DNA from: Bacteroidales bacterium
GTDB lineage: Bacteria; Bacteroidota; Bacteroidia; Bacteroidales; WCHB1-69
Direction: 5' to 3'
Assembly: GCA_017617445.1 (NCBI GenBank)
Contig: JAFZWE010000006.1
Location: forward strand, 2,246-66,245
DNA: 64,000 bases
Shown here: in pieces, positions 9,177 to 18,957 of the stretch
Layout of the letters: every line of letters starts with the position of its first letter
Numbering within the stretch: the stretch's first letter is position 1
The notes under the pieces: generated by a model
Told to the model about the DNA's origin: nothing
What the model saw: the letters and a program-made list of their open reading frames with translations, nothing else
The model's database searches: none
Translations under genes and position numbers: made by a program

Positions 9177-9760
9177 CGTCTGCGCATCTCCCGGCGGACA
9201 GTTTCACAGAGCACGGCCGAGATTTCCTCCACGGAGCCCATGCCATTGATCTGGCGCAGCACGCCTTGGGCCGCATAGTACTCTTCCAACGGTTTGGTTT
9301 GCGCAAAATAGTTTTCAATTCTCTTCTGGATGATTTCAGGGGTGTCGTCGCTGCGATGCTCCAACTCAGCCCGTTTGATCATGCGCCGGGCAATCTCCTC
9401 CTGGTCCACATTCAAATTGAGCACCAGATGGACAGGCAGTTTCGGGGTGGTACCGAAACCTTCCAGCATTTCAGCCTGCTGGGTAGTGCGCGGCACCCCG
9501 TCCAAGATAAAGCCTTCCACATCGGAAATATGGGACAGGAAATCATGCAGCATATTGATCGTCAAAGAGTCGGGACACAAAGCGCCGCGGTCAATATACG
9601 ACTTGGCTTCCTGACCGAGGGCATTGCCTGAGGCGATCTGTTTTCTGAACAAATCGCCGGTGGAGACATGGGCTAAGCGGAACTCCTGAGCCAGAATTTT
9701 GGCCTGCGTTCCCTTTCCGGAGCCGGGGGCTCCGAGCATGACAACATTGAATTTTTCCAT
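9173..9760 (-). CDS. adk: Adenylate kinase (short LID type)
   Basis: GAPGSGKGTQ, STGDLFR, LDGVPRT, RSDD. Confidence 0.95.
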   Translation of the reverse strand: MEKFNVVMLGAPGSGKGTQAKILAQEFRLAHVSTGDLFRKQIASGNALGQEAKSYIDRGALCPDSLTINMLHDFLSHISDVEGFILDGVPRTTQQAEMLEGFGTTPKLPVHLVLNLNVDQEEIARRMIKRAELEHRSDDTPEIIQKRIENYFAQTKPLEEYYAAQGVLRQINGMGSVEEISAVLCETVRREMRRR

Positions 9761-9771
9761 AAAAAAGAGAT

Positions 9772-10311
9772 TTATTCTTCCACAACCTGATAGATATCCC
9801 GCAGGTTCCTGCCAAATCCGTTGTAGTCCATGCCGCAGCCGACAATGAACTTGTTGGGAATTTCCATCCCCACAAAATCAATGGGGTATGGTTTCTTGTA
9901 GGAGTCGGGCTTGAAGGTGAGGGTGGCGATTTTCACGTCCTTGGCACCGGCCTGCATCAGCATGGGGAGCAGATGGGCGTAAGTGGTGCCCGTGTCGATG
10001 ATATCCTCCACGACCAGCACACGCTGTCCCTCCAGACTTTCCGACAGGCCGATGAGATTCTTCACCGTGGAGGTGGTCTTCACCCCTTCGTACGAACTCA
10101 GCTTCACACAGCTCAACCGGCAGGGGAACTCCAGTTTTTTCATCAGATCCGCGCCGAAAATGATGGAGCCGTTCAACACGACCAGGATGATGGGCACATC
10201 ATTCCGGTACTCCTGGTTGACTTGTGCGGCGACCTTGTCCACCGCTTCACGGATTTGCGTTTCGGAAATGTATTTGACGAATTTTCTATCGCCTATTTGA
10301 ACAGTGCTCAT
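9772..10311 (-). CDS. hpt: Hypoxanthine phosphoribosyltransferase
   Basis: VLVVEDIIDTGTT PRPP motif; FIVGCGMDY...GRNL. Confidence 0.93.
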   Translation of the reverse strand: MSTVQIGDRKFVKYISETQIREAVDKVAAQVNQEYRNDVPIILVVLNGSIIFGADLMKKLEFPCRLSCVKLSSYEGVKTTSTVKNLIGLSESLEGQRVLVVEDIIDTGTTYAHLLPMLMQAGAKDVKIATLTFKPDSYKKPYPIDFVGMEIPNKFIVGCGMDYNGFGRNLRDIYQVVEE

Positions 10312-10342
10312 AAATGCGTTTTTTATGCTTTTTTTGAGGTGG

Positions 10343-10427
10343 CAAAATTACATTTTTTTCGCACAAACCGTCCATTTCAAACATAAAAAAAACAATATTT
10401 TTTAATGGCTCATTTTGCGTATTTTTG
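10343..10427. promoter_or_regulatory. Divergent -7 boxes (10343-10350 minus for hpt; 10420-10427 plus for the flippase)
   Basis: TAATTTTG and TATTTTTG. Confidence 0.55.
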
Positions 10428-10435
10428 CAGCCGAA

Positions 10436-11881
10436 ATGAAACAACGCGACTTCATCTTCAACATCATCATCCTCATTCTCCTGAACCTGCTGGTCAAGCC
10501 GTTCTGGATTCTCGGGGTGGACGTGGCCGTGCAGAACCGCGTGGGGGCTGACGCGTACGGGCTTTATTTCGCCATTTTCAACTTCACCTACCTCTTCAAT
10601 GTGGTGCTGGACATGGGCACCACGAATTTCAACAACCGCAACATCGCCCGCTATCCGCAGCTTCTTTCCAAGCATCTGTCGGGAATCATCGCGCTGAAAC
10701 TGCTGCTCGGCGCGCTCTACCTGGCACTCACCTTCACCGTGGCCCTGTGTATCGGCTACGATGCGCTCCACCTGCGGCTGCTCTTCTGGATGGCCGTCAA
10801 CCAGTTCCTCAACGCCTTCATCCTTTATCTCCGCTCCAATGTGTCGGCCCTGATGATGTTCAAAACCGACAGTGTGCTTTCGGTGCTGGACCGCCTGCTC
10901 ATGATTGTCATCTGCGGCCTTCTACTGTGGACTGACCTGCTGCACAGCGAGTTCAAAATTGAATACTTCATTTATGCCCAAACGGCAGCCTATAGCCTGT
11001 CTGCATTAGCAGCGCTGGCGGTGGTGTTCAGCAAGGCGCGGTTCCAACACATTCGTTTCCGCCCCGCCTTCTGCCTGATGATTCTGAAGAAAAGCTTCCC
11101 CTTCGCACTGCTCTACCTGCTGATGTCATTCTACAACCGCATTGACTCCGTCATGCTTGAGCGCATCCTCCCGAACGACATATCCACCTTTGAAGCAGGA
11201 ATCTACGCATCCGCTTTCCGCCTATTGGATGCCTTGGTCATGATCGCATACCTGTTTTCGGTCATCCTGCTGCCCCTTTTCTCCAAGATGCTGAAAGAGC
11301 GCGAGGAAATCTCCCCCATCGTGCGAAGCGCCTTCTCCCTGCTCTTTTTCTTCTCCACCACATCAGCAGTCATCCTGCTGGCATTCAAACTCCCCGTATT
11401 GCAACTTCTTTACGACAAGCACATTGCAGAAAGTGCAGCGGTATTCTCCTTCCTCATCCCCTGCATCATTCCCATCTCATTCACCTATATTTTCGGCACG
11501 CTGCTGACCGCCAATGGCAGCATGAAACTGCTGAACCTGTCTGCCGTGGCGGGCATCCTCGTCAACCTGGCGGTCAACTTCGCCCTGATTCCACGGCTGC
11601 ACGCCTGCGGGGCGGCCATCGCCAGCCTGAGCACACAGACCGTCATGGCCGGCATCCAAACCGTGATCGCCTTCCGGCAACTGAATCTTCCCCTCAAAGA
11701 TATTCCCTACCTCAAGTGCTTGGCATTCACAGCCATACTCATTCCCTCTGTCATCATTTTTGCGCAACATTTCAACGGAGGTGTACTCGCTACCCTCTCC
11801 ATCTGCGCCCTCTGGGCATTCTTCTGCGCCCTCATCACCCGTTTGATTCCCTTGCGTTTCTGGAAAGATTTCACACATTAA
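10436..11881 (+). CDS. Wzx-like oligosaccharide/polysaccharide flippase
   Basis: Highly hydrophobic multi-pass protein; LNLLVKPFWILG, YGLYF, YNRIDSVML, AGIYASAFRL, GAAIAS. Confidence 0.85.
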   Translation: MKQRDFIFNIIILILLNLLVKPFWILGVDVAVQNRVGADAYGLYFAIFNFTYLFNVVLDMGTTNFNNRNIARYPQLLSKHLSGIIALKLLLGALYLALTFTVALCIGYDALHLRLLFWMAVNQFLNAFILYLRSNVSALMMFKTDSVLSVLDRLLMIVICGLLLWTDLLHSEFKIEYFIYAQTAAYSLSALAALAVVFSKARFQHIRFRPAFCLMILKKSFPFALLYLLMSFYNRIDSVMLERILPNDISTFEAGIYASAFRLLDALVMIAYLFSVILLPLFSKMLKEREEISPIVRSAFSLLFFFSTTSAVILLAFKLPVLQLLYDKHIAESAAVFSFLIPCIIPISFTYIFGTLLTANGSMKLLNLSAVAGILVNLAVNFALIPRLHACGAAIASLSTQTVMAGIQTVIAFRQLNLPLKDIPYLKCLAFTAILIPSVIIFAQHFNGGVLATLSICALWAFFCALITRLIPLRFWKDFTH

Positions 11882-11893
11882 TATTATAGTAAA

Positions 11894-12382
11894 ATGATCA
11901 AAGAAAAATCAAAGAAAATCGCCTTCCTGCTTTGTGTCATGGTGGCTGTCACAACGGCCTGTGCCCAGAACAAAATTTACGATGAGAACATCAATGCCAT
12001 GCAGCAGATCGACCAAGCCGTCGCGCAAGCCGCCCAATCCGGCAAATATGTGCTCTGCCAAGTGGGAGGCAACTGGTGCCCGTGGTGCCTCCGTTTCGCC
12101 GATTTTGTGCAGAGCGACACCGCCGTCAACCAAGCCATGCACGACAATTTCATTTACATCCACATCAACTACTCCAAAAACAACAAGAACCCCGAAGCCA
12201 TGAAACGGCTGGCCAACCCCGCACGTTTCGGCTTTCCCGTTTTTGTGATATTGAACGAAAAAGGAGAGGTGATCCACATCCAGAACTCAGCCTATTTGGA
12301 AGAAGGCAACGGATATGATGAAAAGAAAGTGGTGGATTTCCTTCTCCACTGGACACCTAAAGCCGTGAAAGAACTGAAATAA
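11894..12382 (+). CDS. Exported thioredoxin-family protein
   Basis: Signal peptide; GGNWCPWC; GFPVFVIL. Confidence 0.88.
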   Translation: MIKEKSKKIAFLLCVMVAVTTACAQNKIYDENINAMQQIDQAVAQAAQSGKYVLCQVGGNWCPWCLRFADFVQSDTAVNQAMHDNFIYIHINYSKNNKNPEAMKRLANPARFGFPVFVILNEKGEVIHIQNSAYLEEGNGYDEKKVVDFLLHWTPKAVKELK

Positions 12383-12431
12383 AACAAACAGAGCATACCC
12401 ACTGCCCTAACCATTGATAATACAACAAAAA

Positions 12432-15317
12432 ATGGAAAACCAAAAGCATCACTACACCGGCCTGACGGATGCCGAAGTCATTGAAAGCCGCCAAAAAAAC
12501 GGGGTCAACATCCTCACTCCTCCTGTCAAAGAGACCTTCTGGGACAAGGTCAGGGCGACCTGCACCCACTGGATCTCCATTGCCATGATGATTCTGTTTG
12601 CGGGCTCCCTGATTGCCGCAGGACTGCTGTCCGCCAGCATGGGCGACAAAATCTGGGTAATGCCCACCATTGTCCTCATCTCCACCCTGCTGATTGCAAT
12701 GGTTGGAATTTTCGGGGGCTTCAAGGACGCATTGTTCAAGATACTGATCACCGCCTTCGTATTGTCGATGGGCATCGCCATCTATGAGTTTGAGTGGGGC
12801 GGGAAAGATGCCACCAGTTTTTTGGAGCCCATCGGCATCATCGTTGCGCTGATACTGGCCACCGGGGTGGCATTTCTTCTGGAAAGGAGAAACGAAAAGA
12901 CGTTCCAAAGCCTGAATGAGGTGAATGACGAGACGCCGGTGAAAGTCGTCCGCAACAACCACATCTGCCAGGTGCCCCGCAAGGACATTGTAGTAGGCGA
13001 CATCGTATTGGTGGAGACCGGGGATGAAGTGCCGGCGGACTGCGAACTGCTGGAGTCGTTGAACCTGATGGTGGATGAATCCACGCTGACAGGCGAGCCA
13101 CAGGCCAGCAAGACCACCGACCCCGCCAAATTTGACACCGAGGCCACCTACCCCTCCAACCACATCCTCAAAGGCACCACCATCCGCGAAGGGTACGGCA
13201 CCGCACGCGTCATCCGCGTGGGCGATCGCACGGAAAGCGGCAAGGTGTTTGAAGCCGCACAAGTGAACGAAGGGGAATCCACCCCGCTGACCGAAAAATT
13301 AGAAAACCTGGCGCAATGGATCACCAAAGCCAGCTATATTGTGGCCGCCCTCATCATCGCAGGCCGCATCATCCGCTATTTCATCACCGGGGAGGCCAGT
13401 CTCTCTACCTCCGACGACTGGTTTCAATTCATCTCCTACCTGCTGAGCACAGTGATGATCGCCGTCACGCTGATTGTGGTTTCCGTGCCGGAAGGACTGC
13501 CCATGAGCGTCACCCTAAGTCTGGCATTCAGCATGCGCAAATTAATGAAGGAGAACACATTGCCCCGTACCATGCACGCCTGCGAAACCATGGGGGCCAC
13601 CTCCGTTATCTGCACCGACAAAACCGGCACCCTGACACAGAACCAGATGCGTGTGTCCGAAACGGCCTTTGAACAACTGGCCGACCAGCGGCTGACCGAA
13701 GACATGGCCTCCCGCCGCATAGCGGAGTGCATCGCCGCGAACACCACCGCCAACTTAGACACCAGCAACCCCGACAAACCCCAAGCCATCGGCAACCCCA
13801 CAGAAGGCGCCCTGCTGCTCTGGCTGCACGACCAGGGAATCAACTACCTCGAACTGCGGGAAAAAGCGGAAATCTCCCAACGGCTGCCCTTCACCACCGA
13901 ACTGAAATACATGGCCACAGTCACCACCTCCGCCATCACGGGAAAACGGATGCTGTATGTGAAAGGGGCTCCGGAAATCGTGCTTGCCCTGACCACTGCC
14001 GACGAAGACACGCGGGCGGCCGTGAGCTCGCGGCTCTTAGCATACCAGTCGCGCGCCATGCGCACGCTGGCCTTTGCCTGCAAAGAACTGGAAGAGAACG
14101 GAGAGCCCTTCCGTGACGGGAAACTGGCCACCTCCGAACTGACCTACCTCGGCATCGTCTCCATTGCCGACCCCATCCGCAAAGAGGTGCCGGACGCCAT
14201 CAAAGATTGCATCAGCGCCGGCATACAGGTCAAAATCGTGACCGGCGACACCATCGGCACCGCCAAGGAAATCGGCCGGCAGGTGGGCTTGTGGCAAGAC
14301 ACGGACAGCGACGACCATATCATGACCGGACAGGAAATCGAAGCGCTTTCAGACGAAGAGCTGAAAGAGAGGATCCCCGAGGTCAAGATCATCTCCCGCG
14401 CACGACCGCACGACAAAGAACGCATTGTGCGGGCCCTGCGGAAACGGGACATGGTGGTGGCCGTCACCGGCGATGGCACCAACGACGCCCCCGCCCTGAA
14501 CGCCGCCGACGTGGGCCTCTCCATGGGCGACGGCACCGCTGTGGCCAAAGAAGCCAGCGACATGACCATCCTCGACAACTCCATGCGTACCATCTCCAAC
14601 GCCGTCATGTGGGGACGCTCCCTCTACCGCAACATCCAACGATTCCTGCTGTTCCAACTCACCGTCAACGTGTCCGCCTGCCTCATCGTGCTCGTCGGCG
14701 CCTTCATCGGCACCCAATCCCCGCTCACCGTCACCCAGATGCTGTGGGTCAACCTCATCATGGACACCTTCGCCGCCATCGCCCTCGCCTCTCTCCCCCC
14801 CTCCAAACGCGTGATGCTGGACAAACCCCGCGACCGGAAAGCCTCTATTCTTGACAAATCAATGAAAACCAATATCTTCTGTATCGGCGGACTGTTCTTC
14901 CTCATCCAACTTATCCTGCTGCTGATTTTTGAAAACGCGGAAATCAACAGCCTCGCCGACCTCCTCCACATCCAGTGGCAACCCAACAACGGACTGAGTC
15001 CCTACGAAGGCACTCTGTTTTTCAACGTGTTCGTGCTCACCCATTTCTGGTATCTTTTTGATGCCCGCGCCTACAAAACCGGGCGCAGCGCACTGCACCT
15101 TGCCAAATGCGAAGGATTCCTGCTCATTTCCGTTGTCATCCTCCTTGGACAAGTGGCCATGCTTTACATCCCCGGCTTCAACACCATGTTCAACTGCACC
15201 CCGATGCCCATCGGTGAATTCCTCATCATCACCGGGCTCTCATCGTTAGTGCTCTGGTTCGGCGAACTGGGACGGCTGTTCAAAAAAGAGACTGCCCCCT
15301 CAGCCGGGACTTGTTAA
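12432..15317 (+). CDS. Calcium-translocating P-type ATPase (P2/PMCA-like)
   Basis: ESTLTGE, VPEGLP, DKTGTLT, KGAPE, TGDT, VTGDGTNDAPAL, QMLWVNLIMDT. Confidence 0.93.
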   Translation: MENQKHHYTGLTDAEVIESRQKNGVNILTPPVKETFWDKVRATCTHWISIAMMILFAGSLIAAGLLSASMGDKIWVMPTIVLISTLLIAMVGIFGGFKDALFKILITAFVLSMGIAIYEFEWGGKDATSFLEPIGIIVALILATGVAFLLERRNEKTFQSLNEVNDETPVKVVRNNHICQVPRKDIVVGDIVLVETGDEVPADCELLESLNLMVDESTLTGEPQASKTTDPAKFDTEATYPSNHILKGTTIREGYGTARVIRVGDRTESGKVFEAAQVNEGESTPLTEKLENLAQWITKASYIVAALIIAGRIIRYFITGEASLSTSDDWFQFISYLLSTVMIAVTLIVVSVPEGLPMSVTLSLAFSMRKLMKENTLPRTMHACETMGATSVICTDKTGTLTQNQMRVSETAFEQLADQRLTEDMASRRIAECIAANTTANLDTSNPDKPQAIGNPTEGALLLWLHDQGINYLELREKAEISQRLPFTTELKYMATVTTSAITGKRMLYVKGAPEIVLALTTADEDTRAAVSSRLLAYQSRAMRTLAFACKELEENGEPFRDGKLATSELTYLGIVSIADPIRKEVPDAIKDCISAGIQVKIVTGDTIGTAKEIGRQVGLWQDTDSDDHIMTGQEIEALSDEELKERIPEVKIISRARPHDKERIVRALRKRDMVVAVTGDGTNDAPALNAADVGLSMGDGTAVAKEASDMTILDNSMRTISNAVMWGRSLYRNIQRFLLFQLTVNVSACLIVLVGAFIGTQSPLTVTQMLWVNLIMDTFAAIALASLPPSKRVMLDKPRDRKASILDKSMKTNIFCIGGLFFLIQLILLLIFENAEINSLADLLHIQWQPNNGLSPYEGTLFFNVFVLTHFWYLFDARAYKTGRSALHLAKCEGFLLISVVILLGQVAMLYIPGFNTMFNCTPMPIGEFLIITGLSSLVLWFGELGRLFKKETAPSAGTC

Positions 15318-15337
15318 TTTCAAAGTTTTTTCATGAC

Positions 15338-15376
15338 AAAAAAAACGGGGCACCTTAAAAGAGGCGCCCCGTTTTT
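15338..15376. terminator. Bidirectional intrinsic terminator
   Basis: aaaaaaaacggggcacc-ttaaaaga-ggcgccccgttttt between convergent genes. Confidence 0.8.
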
Positions 15377-15393
15377 CATCTGGGGAAAAAGAC

Positions 15394-15825
15394 CTACTCG
15401 GCAGGAGCCGGTTCAGGTGTTTCTCCCTCTTTCTTTTTCTCTTCCAAATCTATCAACTGATGGTCAATTAAAATATTGTACCAAGAAAACACCTTCTTGA
15501 TATTGGAGACATAAACCCTCTCACGGTCGTAATTGGGAAGAACTTCAGCAAAATAAGCCTTCATGGCGTTGTTGTCTGTAAGGCTGACCTGCACCTTGCC
15601 GCCATTCTCCTTCTTGTAAATGGAGACAAAAACTGATTCCAGGGACACGTCGTCTCCCTGGGTGAAGATGGAGATATTTTCCAGATTGGCCACGCCGTCG
15701 CTGGAAAAAGCGGGAAAGCGCTTGCCGTCGGTAAGAGATTCCACAATGAAGCTGTTTCTGGCCTGGCTGACCAATTTGAAGAGGCCGCCCTTGCCGGTGA
15801 TTGATAAAATTTTGCTTAAATCCAT
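15394..15825 (-). CDS. DUF5606-family conserved Bacteroidota protein
   Basis: ILSITGKGGLFKL...LENISIFT...LPNYDRERVYVSNIKKVFSWYNIL. Confidence 0.8.
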   Translation of the reverse strand: MDLSKILSITGKGGLFKLVSQARNSFIVESLTDGKRFPAFSSDGVANLENISIFTQGDDVSLESVFVSIYKKENGGKVQVSLTDNNAMKAYFAEVLPNYDRERVYVSNIKKVFSWYNILIDHQLIDLEEKKKEGETPEPAPAE

Positions 15826-15852
15826 TTTCTTACACTTTTATTGATAGTTAAT

Positions 15853-16740
15853 TTATTGATAGTATTCAATTTTTCTTTCAATGACATAATACATCCGACC
15901 GTTGCGGAAAGTGGTCTGCTTGGTCCAGTTGCCCTGCGCGTCAAAATCAGAGTAGTTGGACACAATGTCCAGGGTGTGGGTAGGCATGTCGCTGTGATAG
16001 ACCTCCTTGCAGAGGCGCCCCTGATCATCGAAATGAGTATGGTTGCTCTCCACGGGGCGGTTGTTGAGGAAGGTGGTCCGATTGATCTCATTCCCTCGCT
16101 GGTCGTACTCAATCCGGGTGGACATGTAGGCCTCGCCGGCGGGAGCATTCGCGGAGCGCCACTCCACATACACCGGCAGTCCCGCTGCATTCAGCGTGTG
16201 GTGGATGGTGTACTGCTCGCTGCCCTGCGTGACCGAAATCTCCAGCACATTGCCATTCGCGTCATTCCGGCAGTTCTGCGTGAACACCACGCTGTCCCCC
16301 TGGTGGTAGGTCTCTTTCACACGGAATCCACGTGCATCTACCTCATACTCAGAGAAATTGTCGCATTGTCCCGCAGCGGAGAACAACTCGTTCTTTATCG
16401 GGTTCCCCTTCTCATCGAAGGTGACCTTACGGACAGAAATCGTGTCACCGGCATCATTGGTGAGCGCGCAAAAACTCAGCCACCCCGACCGCGTATAATC
16501 CATCTGGTTAGTAGCGTAAAAACAGAGGGAATCCAGCACGCCCTCCATGTCAAAGGCCATATATTTCTTCTCTGTGACACGCATCACCGGACCGCGCAAA
16601 TGCTCATCCGACAAACTGTTACGTTGGGCGCTGGACGCCACCTGCGACGGTGTGTCCGTGGGAGATGCGCTTTTTTTCCCGCAACCGGAAAACAGCAGCA
16701 GCGCAAACACAGACAACCAGAAAAACACACAATTTCTCAT
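15853..16740 (-). CDS. Lipoprotein with YD/RHS-like beta-hairpin repeats
   Basis: Lipobox FSGC; LRGPV; repeated FDEKGN, DARGF, DANGN, YDQRGN, FDDQGR, FDAQGNW...IERKIEYY; -7 box at 16759-16766. Confidence 0.7.
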   Translation of the reverse strand: MRNCVFFWLSVFALLLFSGCGKKSASPTDTPSQVASSAQRNSLSDEHLRGPVMRVTEKKYMAFDMEGVLDSLCFYATNQMDYTRSGWLSFCALTNDAGDTISVRKVTFDEKGNPIKNELFSAAGQCDNFSEYEVDARGFRVKETYHQGDSVVFTQNCRNDANGNVLEISVTQGSEQYTIHHTLNAAGLPVYVEWRSANAPAGEAYMSTRIEYDQRGNEINRTTFLNNRPVESNHTHFDDQGRLCKEVYHSDMPTHTLDIVSNYSDFDAQGNWTKQTTFRNGRMYYVIERKIEYYQ

Positions 16741-17181
16741 GATTCCAAAAACAGGCGGCAAAAATACAATTTAATTAGGAAAGAGAGGGAGGTCATAGGA
16801 AGTTTTCTCCACCACACGCCATGCCACGGCATCGCCACATCCGCTGTTCATTGTTGATAAGTATTTAAAAATTCCACAGTCGCACGCCCATTGACACAGT
16901 AATTTTTGTAATATTGCGCAGTCAAATTTTTAATTAAAAAAAACTTCATATTGAAAGTTAATTTCCAATTAAACTATTAATAACTAATATGTTATTAATC
17001 AATAAAATGATAACATACGAAGCCACCACCTCATGTTTTTGCGCCACAAAAGCATGGAATGGACGCTATTCCCCTCCCCTATTTCCAACCCTCCTGAACC
17101 GTGGGCAAATTTTCCGTCCATTGTTCATAACTTCAACCGAAACAACCAACAGAATCATACCATCATAAAAAATAACGTACT

Positions 17182-17473
17182 ATGAAGAGGATTTTTCCCT
17201 CCTTTGTTTTTTTCATATTGGGGTTCGAAAAAGCTGAAATACACTTTGTACGGCATGGTGATCGCCGGGCTCCAGTTCTTTCTCGGAAACACATTGTCAC
17301 TTGAACTCGCCGGGGTTTATCACAGAATGATTTATACCAACATCAAAGAGAACGCCCCGGAAGTTTACTGTATGTCTTCATCCAACGACCGATACCAAAG
17401 CATGCAATACTGCATGAAGCCAGCGGCCAAGCACCGGATTGGAGGGGTTGTCAGAATAAAATTCAGTTTCTAA
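17182..17473 (+). pseudogene. Probable deletion remnant of an outer-membrane beta-barrel gene
   Basis: ATG 17182 gives the signal-like MKRIFPSFVFFILG and stops after 40 codons; another frame carries beta-strand-like segments ending GGVVRIKFSF* (C-terminal Phe). Confidence 0.5.
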
Positions 17474-17502
17474 CCAATTTGAAACGGGGAGATTTCAATA
17501 TC

Positions 17503-18879
17503 TCATTCAAACAGATATTTGTAAATCACCTCCACTTTTGTAATCGGTATCAACTTGATGTTCAGACCATCCTGTTTGATTCCCTTCATATTGTATTTAG
17601 AAAGAAACATCCGGGTAAAGCCCAGTTTGTCAGCTTCGGCAATGCGCTGTTCCATCCGGATGACGGGCCGGATTTCGCCATTGAGGCCCATCTCGCCGGC
17701 AAAGCAGGTTTTGGCATCAATGGGCAGGTCGGCGGCAGAGGAGAGGATGGCAACGACGATGGAGAGGTTGATGGCGGGGTCATCCACCCGAATACCGCCG
17801 GCGAGGTTGACAAAAACATCCTTGGCACCCAGCTTGAAACGGCAGCGTTTTTCCAGCACAGCCAGCAGCATGTTGAGCCGGCGGATGTCGTAGCCCGTAG
17901 CCGACCGCTGCGGGGTGCCATAGACCGCACTGCTCACCAGCGCCTGGGTTTCAATCATCATGGCGCGGGTACCCTCCAGCACCACAGAAATAGCGCTGCC
18001 GCTGTAGTTCTCCTCAGAGGCGGAAACCAGCAGTTCAGAAGGGTTCAGCACCTCCCGCAGACCGTTACCCTGCATCTCAAAAATACCCAGTTCCGAAGTG
18101 GAGCCAAAGCGGTTCTTGATGCAGCGCACAATGCGGTAGCCATAATGCTGGTCGCCCTCAAACTGCAACACCGTATCCACGATATGCTCCAAAATCTTGG
18201 GCCCGGCCAGGGTGCCGTCCTTGGTGATATGGCCGATAAGGAAGACTGGCACGCCTGAGGATTTGGCGTAATGCTGAAACTCGGCGGCACACTCGCGGAT
18301 CTGCGAAATGGAGCCGGCAGCGGAATCCAGCAGCTGGCTTTGCAAGGTCTGTACCGAGTCCACCACCAGAAGGTCGGGAGAGAGCTGCTTGACATGCTCA
18401 AAAATCTCGCGGGTGTCCGTTTCTGTCAGGATGAAGAAATTGTCAGGCTGGCGGTTCGGGAAAAGGCGTTCGGCACGCATCTTGAGTTGCGCCTCGCTCT
18501 CCTCGCCGGAGATATAGAGGATGCGTTTCCCGGGAATCTGGAGGGCGGTCTGGAGCAACAGAGTGGACTTGCCGATGCCGGGTTCTCCGCCAAGCAGGAT
18601 GATGGAGCCTGCCACAATGCCGCCGCCGAGCACATTGTCAAACTCGCGGAAACCCGTGGAGATCCGGGGCATCTCCACCAAGGAGATCTCCGACAAGCGG
18701 CGAGGAAAGCTCCTGACCGCCGGCGCCACGGACGACTTCCCCTTGGAAGGGCCGTCCCCGCGGTCCACCACCTCCTCCACAAAGGAGTTCCACTCATTGC
18801 ACGAAGGGCATTTCCCCAGCCACTGCGAGGACTGGTATCCGCAATTCTTACAGAAAAAGAGACTTTTGGGTTTTGCCAT
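17503..18879 (-). CDS. radA: DNA repair protein RadA/Sms
   Basis: CKNCG...CPSC zinc finger, GGEPGIGKST, KNRFG, Lon-like C-terminus. Confidence 0.97.
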   Translation of the reverse strand: MAKPKSLFFCKNCGYQSSQWLGKCPSCNEWNSFVEEVVDRGDGPSKGKSSVAPAVRSFPRRLSEISLVEMPRISTGFREFDNVLGGGIVAGSIILLGGEPGIGKSTLLLQTALQIPGKRILYISGEESEAQLKMRAERLFPNRQPDNFFILTETDTREIFEHVKQLSPDLLVVDSVQTLQSQLLDSAAGSISQIRECAAEFQHYAKSSGVPVFLIGHITKDGTLAGPKILEHIVDTVLQFEGDQHYGYRIVRCIKNRFGSTSELGIFEMQGNGLREVLNPSELLVSASEENYSGSAISVVLEGTRAMMIETQALVSSAVYGTPQRSATGYDIRRLNMLLAVLEKRCRFKLGAKDVFVNLAGGIRVDDPAINLSIVVAILSSAADLPIDAKTCFAGEMGLNGEIRPVIRMEQRIAEADKLGFTRMFLSKYNMKGIKQDGLNIKLIPITKVEVIYKYLFE

Positions 18880-18898
18880 AAGAGATGATTTTAGCGCG

Positions 18899-18937
18899 CA
18901 AAAATACAACTTAATTAAATTCTTTGATGTATTTTTG
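18899..18937. promoter_or_regulatory. Divergent -7 boxes (radA / DUF2147 gene)
   Basis: TATTTTTG on minus 18899-18906 and on plus 18930-18937. Confidence 0.6.
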
Positions 18938-18957
18938 CAGCCGTAATTTTATCAACA

